Source: Roseomonas sp.
GTDB taxonomy: Bacteria; Pseudomonadota; Alphaproteobacteria; Acetobacterales; Acetobacteraceae
Assembly: GCA_020249505.1 (NCBI GenBank)
Contig: JADCFN010000056.1
Span: 16,346 to 80,345, forward strand
Direction of reading: 5' to 3'
DNA: 64,000 bases
Positions 1-8,855 of this stretch are shown here, piece after piece. The translations under genes were made by a program, and so were the position numbers. Under the pieces are notes generated by a model, which did not search any database, had not been told where the DNA came from, and worked only from the letters and a program-made list of their open reading frames with translations. Every line of letters begins with the position of its first letter. Position 1 is the stretch's first letter.

Positions 1-480
1 GCGACGAAGTGCTATCCGCATTTTGACGCCGTGATAACCAAGCTGAAGGCAGCCCGCCCGGAGCTGCTCATCGTACAATTGGGCACGACAACCAGTAAGC
101 CGATAGCGGCCGCAGACCTTATTCTCATTGGCAGGACAAACTTGGCTGAGGCGGCTGGGCTGCTGCACAAGACGCGGCTTCATCTGGACAATGAAGGGGG
201 GCTTGTACATCTCGCGGCCTGCTATGGCCGGCGAAGCTTAGTAGTTTTCGGCCCGACACCTTCTGACTATTTCGGTTATCCTGCCAACATTAATGTTGAT
301 CCACTCCGCTGCGGCGGCTGCTGGTGGATTGAGGAAAGTTGGATGGATCGCTGTCCACGTGGCATGAAGCAACCGGAATGCATGTTTGCCCAACCGCCTG
401 ACAAGATTCTTACGCTTGCACTAAAGGCATTAAGCGAGCCGCGCCCGCAGCTCGAGTTTTCGTCCCAAAATAATCTGTAA
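1..480 (+). CDS. Glycosyltransferase family 9-like protein, C-terminal fragment (5' end outside window)
   Basis: Frame 1 is open from the window edge to TAA at 478-480. The translation has a GT9/heptosyltransferase-type C-terminal motif (EGGLVHLAACYGRRSLVVFGPTP) followed by a Cys-rich tail (CGGCWW..DRCP..PEC). The region is visibly lower in G+C than the rest of the window. Confidence 0.5.
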   Translation, partial: ATKCYPHFDAVITKLKAARPELLIVQLGTTTSKPIAAADLILIGRTNLAEAAGLLHKTRLHLDNEGGLVHLAACYGRRSLVVFGPTPSDYFGYPANINVDPLRCGGCWWIEESWMDRCPRGMKQPECMFAQPPDKILTLALKALSEPRPQLEFSSQNNL

Positions 481-504
481 GGGTGGCGAATACTCCTCTC
501 CGGC

Positions 505-1011
505 CTACGTCACCCGATCCAATTCCTGTTCCGTCATCCCACCTGGCACCAGCGCCATTGGTATTTTCAGGCGTGACGCATGACGACCCGTGAGTGCCGA
601 AATCAACGGCCCCGGCCCGCCGCTGCCAGTTGCCATGGCGAGCACCAGGATGGAAATGCGCGGGTCTTCCTCAATCAATATCAGCAATTCCTCGCGCGGT
701 TCGCCTTCACGGATGATCAGCATCGGCATGCCGCCGGTAATCTCACTGACATGAGAGGCAAGGCCGGCCAGCAGCCGTTCCGCTTCCGCGCGGCGCTCTT
801 CCTGCATCATCACACCAACGCCGGCCCATTCCACCAGCTCCACCGGTTCCAGCACGCGCAGCAACGCTACACGCCCGCCCCCCTTGCGGGCGCGCAGGCA
901 CGCATAGCGCAGCGCCACCGCCTGTTCGGCGCTGTCATCCACGACCACCAGGAAAACGCGATCGCGTTTGGCCTTGGTTGCGGCGGCGGCGGCTTCCTCA
1001 GAACCGGTCAT
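505..1011 (-). CDS. Universal stress protein (UspA) family protein
   Basis: Usp-like fold signature (VFLVVVDDS...; LVLAMATGSGGPGPLISALTGRHASRLKIPMALVPG). The ATG at 1011 overlaps the upstream stop (TGATG), so I favour it over the longer ORF reaching 1071. Confidence 0.8.
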   Translation of the reverse strand: MTGSEEAAAAATKAKRDRVFLVVVDDSAEQAVALRYACLRARKGGGRVALLRVLEPVELVEWAGVGVMMQEERRAEAERLLAGLASHVSEITGGMPMLIIREGEPREELLILIEEDPRISILVLAMATGSGGPGPLISALTGRHASRLKIPMALVPGGMTEQELDRVT

Positions 1012-1757
1012 CAATTTCTCCTGAACAGCACGCTGCCGAGCCAGCCGGCCAGCACCGCCAAGACAATACATAGCACGCCATAAAGCAGCGGCTGCCCGCG
1101 CGCGAGGGAAGCAATATCAGCCGCCGTGCCGACGCGTTCCACACGCAAGGACAATTCCTGCCGCGCGATCACCCGGTTTTCACGCGCGAGCAACACTTCA
1201 ATCTGATAATCGCCGGTCTGCACGGTCGCGGGAAAGGCGATGCGCGCGCTGAACAGGCGTTCCCCTGCGCGGGAAACCGGGGCGGCATATTCCTGCCAAC
1301 GGCCGTCAGCCTGCTTCAGTTCCAGCAGCGCGGCGCGAAAGGCGGGGTTACGCGTGCCCTCGCTCCGGAGGCGAAGATTATCGAAGCCCAGGCGATATTG
1401 CCGCCTTTCTTCCTCGGGCAGGATTTCCCAAACGCGCCGCGTGCCGGCCAAGGCGTAGAAGCCTGGCACATCCGGAAAGCGCGTGGACGGGCCATTCAGC
1501 CAAATGCCGAGCACATTGATCTTGCGCCGAACCACCACGCCCTGCGTTGGGCCAGTCGCGACCACGATCAAATCCTCAACAGGATCGCCGCCCAGGGGGT
1601 TTTGCGTCGCGCCAAAAACCAGCACGGAAGCGCCAGTAAAACCGGTGCTGATTTCAACCCTGTCCGTGGAAAGCTCGGCGGTGATGGGCGGCCCGGACGC
1701 CAAGGCCGGCGCCATCAGCCAGCAAAACCACAACAGCGCTCGCGCAACCAGCCTCAT
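1011..1757 (-). CDS. TIGR02186-like alphaproteobacterial membrane-anchored protein (function unknown)
   Basis: 248 aa with an N-terminal signal peptide (LLWFCWLMAPALASG) and a C-terminal TM helix (LLYGVLCIVLAVLAGWLGSVLF). ATGA overlap with the upstream TauE gene. The family assignment is from memory of this family's usual pairing with TauE/SafE. Confidence 0.65.
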   Translation of the reverse strand: MRLVARALLWFCWLMAPALASGPPITAELSTDRVEISTGFTGASVLVFGATQNPLGGDPVEDLIVVATGPTQGVVVRRKINVLGIWLNGPSTRFPDVPGFYALAGTRRVWEILPEEERRQYRLGFDNLRLRSEGTRNPAFRAALLELKQADGRWQEYAAPVSRAGERLFSARIAFPATVQTGDYQIEVLLARENRVIARQELSLRVERVGTAADIASLARGQPLLYGVLCIVLAVLAGWLGSVLFRRN

Positions 1758-2668
1758 AGCAGCGGGCCGAGCGTAAAGGACCGACTTGGCGTTTGCAGCA
1801 GGTTCCAGGCAAGCGCAAAAGCAACCGAAAGCACCAATAGCCCAAGTAGGGCGCGGGTTTCCTCACCGCGCAGCTTGGTGCCCATGGCGGCGCCGAATTG
1901 CGCGCCCGCGACACCGCCGGCCAACAGCAAAAGCGTCAGCACGATATCCACGCTGCCCACCTGCCAGGCTTGCAGCAGCGTGACATTGGCCGAGACGAAA
2001 ACAACCTGAAACAGCGATGTGCCGATCACAATCGAAGTCGGCATTCCAAGGATATAGATCATCGCAGGCACCAGCATGAAGCCGCCACCCACCCCCATAA
2101 TGGCGGAGAGCATGCCAATGCCAAAGCCGATCACAAGCGGCGGTATCACTGAAATATAAAGCCTGGAATCACGGAAACGCAGTTTGAAAGGCAGGCCATG
2201 CAGCCAGGTATGTTCATGAAGCTTCCGCCGCGGTGCCGTGCCACGCCGGCGCCTGAGCAGGGCCGTCACGCTTTCGCGCACCATCAGCGCGCCAACAATG
2301 CCAAGAATCACCACGTAAAACAGTGAGACCGCAACATCCACTTGGCCCCAGCGCTTAAGCAGCGCAAAAATCTGCACGCCAAGCGCCGAACCCAAAAGCC
2401 CACCCGCGAAAAGCGTGAGCCCCATGCGCCAATCCACATTGCCGCGCCGCCATTGCGCAATAAGGCCGGAGATCGAGGCACCCAGTGTTTGATTGGCGCC
2501 GGAAGCAACAGCCACTGTGGATGGAATGCCGATCAACATCAGCAATGGTGTCAAAAGAAACCCGCCACCAACGCCGAACAATCCCGAAAGCCAGCCCACG
2601 CCAAAGCCAATGCCAAGCAGCAGCAGGGCATCAACACTCATTTCAGCGATAGGCAGGTAGACCTGCAT
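1754..2668 (-). CDS. Sulfite exporter TauE/SafE family permease
   Basis: Polytopic, Gly-rich TM repeats (GVGGGFLLTPLL ... GVGGGFMLVPAMIY) typical of DUF81/TauE. The ORF is open to 2734, but the ATG at 2668 (MQVYLPIAE) is more likely. Confidence 0.85.
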   Translation of the reverse strand: MQVYLPIAEMSVDALLLLGIGFGVGWLSGLFGVGGGFLLTPLLMLIGIPSTVAVASGANQTLGASISGLIAQWRRGNVDWRMGLTLFAGGLLGSALGVQIFALLKRWGQVDVAVSLFYVVILGIVGALMVRESVTALLRRRRGTAPRRKLHEHTWLHGLPFKLRFRDSRLYISVIPPLVIGFGIGMLSAIMGVGGGFMLVPAMIYILGMPTSIVIGTSLFQVVFVSANVTLLQAWQVGSVDIVLTLLLLAGGVAGAQFGAAMGTKLRGEETRALLGLLVLSVAFALAWNLLQTPSRSFTLGPLL

Positions 2669-2778
2669 CGCGATTCCAATCAGTCCAAACGTGAGCCTTG
2701 CGCGAAGCTTCGACCTTACGGCGCAACCCCGCAAGAGGGGTTATCGGCGCGTTACAAGGCAGGAATGCGGCAGATGCG

Positions 2779-3981
2779 TTATCGCTTCGTCGCAAAAGCG
2801 ACCAGAGCGAGGAAAAACAGGCCCAACAGTGCAAAACCCGCAATGGCAAAAGGCGGCCCGATACCATCCGCGAGCGCCCCGAGTACCAAGACACCAATCG
2901 GGCCAGTGCCGATACAGGTAGTGGTCAGGCCAAGGATCCGCGAACGTGCCTCGACGGGTGCTTCCATCATCACAATACCGGTTTGCAGGCTGGCAAAGGC
3001 CGCCGTGCCAAAGCCGCCCAGCATCAAGAATAGCGCCGCGAGCCAGAGCGAAGGCGCCAATGCGGCCAGCGCCAGCACCGTCAGAAAGGCGGTTGAACCC
3101 AACAACAAAAGCCCCCTGCCCGCTTGAGGTCCTCGGCGAAGCGCCAGCGCAAGGCCAGAGATCAGCGCGCCAAGTGGCTCAGCCGCGGCCAGGAAGCCGA
3201 TTTCAATGGCACTCGCCCCAAAGGCGCGGTCACCAAAGGCCGGCAGGATGGAGTTGTAGGAAAAGCCGAAAATATTCATCACCAGCGTCACGCCAAGCAC
3301 CGCGCGCAAGGCCGGATGAGCGAGTGCGAACCGCAACGCCTCAGCCACCTCAGCAAATAGGCGGCGCGGCACTAAAGCCCGGCGCGGCTGGCTGTAAGAA
3401 ACGGTGGATACCAAGCCAAGCGCCACAAGATAAATTACCGATGCAATGATATAGGCCACGGTAACGCCAAGGGTTTCATACAAAACCCCACCCAACATCG
3501 GCCCCAACATGCGAGTCGTGCTGCCGGTTGTCGTATCGAAGGCAACGGCGGGGACAATACGCTCTGGCCCTGCGGTTTCCGCCACCATGCGCCGACGTGT
3601 GGCCAATTCATTGGTCCAAACGAGGCCGCCAATCAGCCCATTCACCCATAAATGCCAGAGCGAAAGCCAGCCTAGCGCGGAAAGCACGGCGATGGTGATG
3701 GCGCCAAGCGCCGTCAGCGCCTGACCGGCCATGAGCAAATGTTTGCGATTGAGACTTTCCGCGACGGCCCCTGAAAGTGCGCCCATCAACAGCATGGGCA
3801 AAGCGCGCGCCATCAGCACCAGCGAAACCGCGAAGGCGGAACGCGTCAGTTCATAGGCGTAAAGCCCGCTGACCAGCATTTCCACCCAACGCATGGAATT
3901 GGTCAGCCCGCCCGCGCCCCAAAGTTTCAAAAAGGCGCGGTCGGAAAGCAGAACCCTGAGCGGCGCGGGATCAGCCATCAC
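2779..3981 (-). CDS. MFS transporter
   Basis: 400 aa with about 12 hydrophobic segments and typical MFS composition. Confidence 0.8.
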   Translation of the reverse strand: MMADPAPLRVLLSDRAFLKLWGAGGLTNSMRWVEMLVSGLYAYELTRSAFAVSLVLMARALPMLLMGALSGAVAESLNRKHLLMAGQALTALGAITIAVLSALGWLSLWHLWVNGLIGGLVWTNELATRRRMVAETAGPERIVPAVAFDTTTGSTTRMLGPMLGGVLYETLGVTVAYIIASVIYLVALGLVSTVSYSQPRRALVPRRLFAEVAEALRFALAHPALRAVLGVTLVMNIFGFSYNSILPAFGDRAFGASAIEIGFLAAAEPLGALISGLALALRRGPQAGRGLLLLGSTAFLTVLALAALAPSLWLAALFLMLGGFGTAAFASLQTGIVMMEAPVEARSRILGLTTTCIGTGPIGVLVLGALADGIGPPFAIAGFALLGLFFLALVAFATKR

Positions 3982-4001
3982 GCCGCGCCGCCCTTAATGT
4001 C

Positions 4002-5096
4002 TCAATACCCGGAATCACCCAGATGCAGCAGCGGGAAGGCGCTGAAGACATGCGGCGCATTGGTCGCCAAGGCGCCCGCATGGACGAAGCTTGGGTTGAG
4101 TTCGCTGAACTTGGTGGCGCCGAGCAAACCCATGGTGGTGTAGATCTCGGTTTCCATGATTTCGAGCATGCGCTGCACGCCAGCCGCGCCATCGGCTGCC
4201 AGCGCGTAGCAATAAAGCCGCCCAAGCCCGACAAGATCGGCGCCAAGGCAAAGCGCCTTCACCACATCCGTCCCGCGGGAAAACCCGCCATCAATCCAAA
4301 CCTTGGCGCGGCCACCGACTGCCTGCACCACTTCCGGCAGCACATCCATCGCACCCCGGCCATGATCCAATTGCCGCCCGCCATGGTTGGAGACATAGAC
4401 CACATCAACGCCATGGTCGCAGGCAAGCGCGGCGTCCTCAGCGGTCGCAATTCCTTTCAGGATCACCGGCATTTTGTATTTGGCCTTGAAGCGATCAATC
4501 TGTTTCCAGGACAGGGCGGCCTGAAATTCAATGCCCTGCACCCGCGCACGCCAGGGCTTGGCAAAGCGGCGCGCGATATCACGTTCACGCCGGCTATAGA
4601 CCGCGGTGTCCACGGTGAAGCAGAAGGCATCATAGCCGGCTGCCACTGAACGATCCGCGTAATCATCAATGAAGCTGTCATCGCCGCGCACATAAAGCTG
4701 GAAGATCTTGGGGCCAGGCGTATTCGCCGCGGTTTCCTCAAGCCCAGGCTTGGTGACGGAAGAAACAATCAGCGGCACGCCAAAGGCCGAAGCCCCCTGC
4801 CCCGCTGTCGCCGCGCCATTGGCGCCGAAGCTCTCCAGGCCACCCACCGGCGCCAAGGCAACCGGCAGGCGAAGCTTCTTGCCGAACATTTCGGAAGTTG
4901 TGTCGATAGTCGAGACATCACGCAGCACGCGGGGGCGAAACGCGAGCGTGTCCAGCGCCAGACGATTGCGGCGCATGGTGGTTTCGGTTTCCGTCGCGCC
5001 CGTCAGGTAATCCCAGATATTGGCATCGAGCCGATTTTTCGCCGCCTTGGCGAATTCGTGCATCGTCAGAAATTTGCCTTCAGTTTCACTCAGCAT
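4002..5096 (-). CDS. FMN-dependent alpha-hydroxy acid oxidase/dehydrogenase (LldD/glycolate oxidase family)
   Basis: Family motifs: FRPRVLRDV, FQLYV, VILKGI, VSNHGGRQLD, IDGGFSRGTDVVKALCLGA. Confidence 0.9.
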   Translation of the reverse strand: MLSETEGKFLTMHEFAKAAKNRLDANIWDYLTGATETETTMRRNRLALDTLAFRPRVLRDVSTIDTTSEMFGKKLRLPVALAPVGGLESFGANGAATAGQGASAFGVPLIVSSVTKPGLEETAANTPGPKIFQLYVRGDDSFIDDYADRSVAAGYDAFCFTVDTAVYSRRERDIARRFAKPWRARVQGIEFQAALSWKQIDRFKAKYKMPVILKGIATAEDAALACDHGVDVVYVSNHGGRQLDHGRGAMDVLPEVVQAVGGRAKVWIDGGFSRGTDVVKALCLGADLVGLGRLYCYALAADGAAGVQRMLEIMETEIYTTMGLLGATKFSELNPSFVHAGALATNAPHVFSAFPLLHLGDSGY

Positions 5097-5115
5097 TTGA
5101 TGTCTTCCTCAATGA

Positions 5116-5982
5116 TCAACCGGCCAGAAAGTCGCGCGTCCAGCGCGCATAATCATCCTCACGCATCGCGGCCTTCATCAGCGCCGCATCCGCAAGCCCG
5201 GGCAGCTTCCCGGGTGGGGTGCCATCGCGCAAAGCCTTGAGTGTCGCATGCACGGCCGCCATGGCGGCGAAGCTTGGCGCATGGCCCTGAAGGGCGATGC
5301 GCACGCCATGGGCAGCCAGCTTTGCCTTATCGGCCAATGCGGGCGGCGTGCCGCCCAGCATCAAGGGCACACCATTTGCGGCGGCTTGCAGGGCAGAAAG
5401 CTGCGCCCAATCGGTCACACCGGTATAGAACAGCGCATCGGCACCGGTTTTCGCATAGGCGCGGGTGCGCGCCACGGCTTCATCCAGGTTCACCAGATTG
5501 ACCGCGCTGGTGCGCGCGACAATCACAAGCGATGGGTCTTCGCGGGCGGCAAGCGCCGCATGGATTTTGCCAAGCCCGGCATCCAGGCTGAGCAAGCCAG
5601 GCTCTCCCGCGCCATGGGCACGGGGCAGGTCAGTATCTTCAATGGTCAGCGCCGCGACCCCGGCGGTTTCCAATTCCTGCACCGTGCGCATGACGTTGAG
5701 CGCATTGCCATAGCCGTGATCGGCATCCACCATCAGCGGCGGCGCCCCGGCGCGGCAGATGCGCCTCGCTTGTTCTGCGAATTCTGTGAGCGTCACCAGA
5801 ATAAGGTCAGGCGCCCCAAGGACCGCGATAGAGGCGATGGAACCCGCAAACATGGCGGTTTCAAAGCCAAGATCGGTCGCGATTCGCGCTGCGATGGGGT
5901 CGTGGACTGAGGCCGGGTGCACACAGGCATCCCCGGCAAGTATTGCGCGAAACCGCGCGCGTCGCGCCGAGGTACTCATCAC
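5116..5982 (-). CDS. Isocitrate lyase/PEP mutase family protein (oxaloacetate decarboxylase / methylisocitrate lyase-like)
   Basis: Motifs: HPASVHDPIAARIA, MVDADHGYGNALNV, AALTIEDT. Confidence 0.85.
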   Translation of the reverse strand: MMSTSARRARFRAILAGDACVHPASVHDPIAARIATDLGFETAMFAGSIASIAVLGAPDLILVTLTEFAEQARRICRAGAPPLMVDADHGYGNALNVMRTVQELETAGVAALTIEDTDLPRAHGAGEPGLLSLDAGLGKIHAALAAREDPSLVIVARTSAVNLVNLDEAVARTRAYAKTGADALFYTGVTDWAQLSALQAAANGVPLMLGGTPPALADKAKLAAHGVRIALQGHAPSFAAMAAVHATLKALRDGTPPGKLPGLADAALMKAAMREDDYARWTRDFLAG

Positions 5983-6051
5983 AGCGGCTTCCCCTTCCCC
6001 TTATCGGGGTTAGTCTGCAACCGCGCGACCAGCAGGGCAACCCGGGGCGGG

Positions 6052-6285
6052 TCAGGCCAGGATTGTTGTGATCAATGCCGCGATGAAAAGCACTGTCGCA
6101 GCGAAAAAGCCAAGCCCAAGCAGCAGATAGGTAACAACCGTCATGGCGTTGGCGCCGCACGAGCAGACGCGTCCCGGCGAAATGGGCAGCCCCCCAGGCT
6201 CCGGCAGTGAGCCCTTATGCCCAGCGATATCAGGAGTCCTGCGCGCAGACTTAATACCATTGGCCGGATTGAATGAGAAGGACAT
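6052..6285 (-). CDS. Small tail-anchored membrane protein (hypothetical, 77 aa)
   Basis: ATG at 6285 is preceded by GGAGG with a 7-nt spacer (minus strand ctactGGAGGttgggtcATG). The C-terminus carries a single TM helix (VVTYLLLGLGFFAATVLFIAALITTILA). It lies directly downstream of the XRE gene on the same strand. Confidence 0.4.
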   Translation of the reverse strand: MSFSFNPANGIKSARRTPDIAGHKGSLPEPGGLPISPGRVCSCGANAMTVVTYLLLGLGFFAATVLFIAALITTILA

Positions 6286-6351
6286 GACCCAACCTCCAGT
6301 AGGCAATATACCGGTTTTTCCGATATTTTGTCAAGCGCTGAGTTTAGTGTT

Positions 6352-6864
6352 TCAGCCTTCGGGGGTGAGTTTACGCATATCCGCAAGCAGGGCGCGGATG
6401 GCAGCCAATTGCTCTCGCGCGGCCTCAGGGTCGGCGGGCTCAGTCATGGTCCCACTGGCGCTCCGCCAGATTTGGAAGGCAAAGCGCCCCTTACTCGCCA
6501 GGTTGGAGGGATGGCCGATGCTGTCCAATTCACGAGAAACGATTTCCAGCAGCGCACCGAACTGATCGGCAATTTCGCCGGCGGAAAGCGGGGCCAAGGC
6601 GGTGTTTTCCGAGGCATGACGCGGCATATCCGGCATCAATTCCATAAGAGTCAGGTCAAGCGCGAGCAGAAGGCGCTTCAGGGTTTCGTGTCTCGGGCGC
6701 GTCTTTCCCGTTTCCCAATCGGCAACCGTTGCCTGGGACGCGCCGATCAGATCCCCCAGCGCCACTTGTGAAAGTCCCTTGGCGCGCCGAGCCCTACGCA
6801 GGCGGCGCGACCACTCAGGCACTTCCGAGTCGGGTATTCTCAAAGCCATGGTTCTGTTCACCAT
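6352..6864 (-). CDS. XRE-family helix-turn-helix transcriptional regulator
   Basis: HTH_3-type motif LRRARRAKGLSQVALGDLIGASQATVADWETGKTRP, plus a C-terminal domain of about 90 aa I could not assign. Alternative start at 6849. Confidence 0.8.
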   Translation of the reverse strand: MVNRTMALRIPDSEVPEWSRRLRRARRAKGLSQVALGDLIGASQATVADWETGKTRPRHETLKRLLLALDLTLMELMPDMPRHASENTALAPLSAGEIADQFGALLEIVSRELDSIGHPSNLASKGRFAFQIWRSASGTMTEPADPEAAREQLAAIRALLADMRKLTPEG

Positions 6865-7182
6865 TGACTTTTGCTCAAGTCCAAGGGGTTCTTCCTATAT
6901 AGTAAGGGTATGACACGATTTTTTGATGCAAAAATGCAAAGCAGGCGCAGATGTCCCGGGCGCCTAGAGGCGAATTAGCGCAACCGACTCCCTTGTTTTT
7001 CGCGAGCATCAGACAGCATTGCAAGCACAGAAAGATGCGGCTAGCCCACCTACATCTATAACGCGAAAATCCTGGACGGGGTGCAGCATCCCTCTAGCCC
7101 CTTGGTTGCCGCGCATCTGGCCGGGTCCGGTCAGGCATTGCCTCTGGGCAAAGGTGCACGGCAACCTCTCAAGGGCGTAAAA

Positions 7183-8181
7183 CTAGCGCTTGAGGCAGGC
7201 CCAAAAGCTCGGCGTCAGCGCCGCAGGCGCGGCGCCCTCCGCAAAAACCGCGAAGCAATCATTGAAGAAGGCCACGAAGGCATCGGCATGCGCATGGCCC
7301 CCGCGCAGGGTTTGCACCATGCCCCAAGGATCGGCCACGCCATCAGCGCGCGCGCGGAGCGACCCCGCATTATAAGCGATCGCCACCAAGGGCGGATCGA
7401 ACTGCGTGGGCGATTTGCGCCGTGTCGCCTGGGCGCGGATCATCGCTGCCCCGGCGCGGATGGAAGTGGCGGGGTCAAGCAGGCGCATCCGATCAATGCT
7501 GCTATCGGCCAGCACTTCCCGCGCCGTGGCGATCAGCGTTTGCATCAAGCCAGGCGAGACACGATGCGGCGTTGCCGCATCGCTGATAAAACCCGGTTCT
7601 TCACGGATAGCCCCTGCCCGTCCGCCGGATTCCGTGCACGCAGTTGCGATCAGCAATTCCACCGGCACGCCATAGGCCGCGGCGCAGGTTTCGAAGGCTG
7701 CGCGAAAATCGCGCCAGCAGCGCGTGGCGGTTTCTGGCCTGCCAGCACTGCGCGGGGGCGCAACAAATCCTTCAACGCGCAAGCCTTCGGGGCTGAGGCG
7801 CCAGCGCCGGGACCCCTGCCCTACTGGCGGCGCGCTGCCCGCCATAAGGCGCTGCACATAGGGGTGCAGCATGGCGCGCCAATCCGGCCCAGAGGCTAAC
7901 GCGGCTTCGGGTGTAGCGGCACCGGCCAGAGGATGCGGCGCGGCATCAGGGAAAAGCGCGCTCCAGCTTTGCCGGCCGACAATGCCATCTGCGGCAAAAC
8001 CCGGATGGCGGGCCTGCATGCGGCGCTGGAAATCTACGACAGCGCGATGCGTCGCCGGGCCGAAAATGCCATCGGCAGTCCCCGTGAGCATGCCGGCGCG
8101 GATCAGCGCCTGCTGCACGGCGCGTACATCATCACCGCGTTGCAGCGGCAGGCGGAGGCTGAGTTCGCGGGCGAGGGCCAT
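7183..8181 (-). CDS. Peptidoglycan-binding domain protein with lytic transglycosylase (SLT-like) domain
   Basis: The N-terminus has PG_binding_1-like repeats (GDDVRAVQQALIRAGML..DGIFGPATHRAVVDFQ; DGIVGRQSWSAL). The C-terminus has SLT motifs (ACTESGG, GLMQ, AYNAG). ATG at 8181 is preceded by GGAGG at 7 nt; the longer ORF to 8211 is less likely. Confidence 0.85.
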   Translation of the reverse strand: MALARELSLRLPLQRGDDVRAVQQALIRAGMLTGTADGIFGPATHRAVVDFQRRMQARHPGFAADGIVGRQSWSALFPDAAPHPLAGAATPEAALASGPDWRAMLHPYVQRLMAGSAPPVGQGSRRWRLSPEGLRVEGFVAPPRSAGRPETATRCWRDFRAAFETCAAAYGVPVELLIATACTESGGRAGAIREEPGFISDAATPHRVSPGLMQTLIATAREVLADSSIDRMRLLDPATSIRAGAAMIRAQATRRKSPTQFDPPLVAIAYNAGSLRARADGVADPWGMVQTLRGGHAHADAFVAFFNDCFAVFAEGAAPAALTPSFWACLKR

Positions 8182-8198
8182 GACAAATCCTCCTTGTT

Positions 8199-8855
8199 TC
8201 ACAAACGACAATCGGTGATGCGCGTGGCGCGCAGCGCCGCATCATCGGCGAGGCGCTTGATCGCCGGATCATCGGGTTTTTGTGCGAGGCCGCGCCGCGC
8301 CTCAGCCAGCGCATCCCGCGTCGCGGCGCAGCGTGTGGCTTCAGGCCCGGCGGAAGGCCGCGCGGCGGCAAGCAGCGCGCGGCCACGCAGCAAGGCGCCT
8401 TCCGCATCCGCCAAGGGGGCGGCTTCGGCGATGAATTCCCGCGCTGCCGGGGCGGCCATGGCCGGGGGCAGGTTTTCAATGGCGCAAAGCCGCGCTTGCG
8501 CGCGCAGCTTTCGGGCGGGCAGCAGGGTTTCCCCGGCGGATTGCTCTGCCGCGTGCGCCGCGCTTGCCGCGCAAGAAAGCAGCCCCGCTTCGCGTGCGCC
8601 AGCACCAGGGCAGGCAGCACCCGGGGCGCGATCAGCAAAGGCAAGGCTGAGGCAGGCTTCGGCGCGGATCAGATGCAGGCGCTGACAGGCTTCCCCTTTG
8701 CCGGGCGCGCAATCGCGCACCACGGGCTCCTCCGCGATCGCCGCCAGTGCGCCGGCTTCGCGCTGCTTCTGCCAGCGTTCAAGCTGCGCCACCGGCGCAT
8801 CCAGGGCGCTACAGGCGGCAAGGGCAACAAGTGCCAGCGCGATAGGACGGATCAT
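8199..8855 (-). CDS. Cys-rich lipoprotein (hypothetical)
   Basis: Signal peptide with lipobox (MIRPIALALVALAAC). The mature part is Ala-rich with about 9 further Cys. ATGA overlap with the upstream gene, and its stop lies 15 nt from the downstream start. Confidence 0.7.
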   Translation of the reverse strand: MIRPIALALVALAACSALDAPVAQLERWQKQREAGALAAIAEEPVVRDCAPGKGEACQRLHLIRAEACLSLAFADRAPGAACPGAGAREAGLLSCAASAAHAAEQSAGETLLPARKLRAQARLCAIENLPPAMAAPAAREFIAEAAPLADAEGALLRGRALLAAARPSAGPEATRCAATRDALAEARRGLAQKPDDPAIKRLADDAALRATRITDCRL

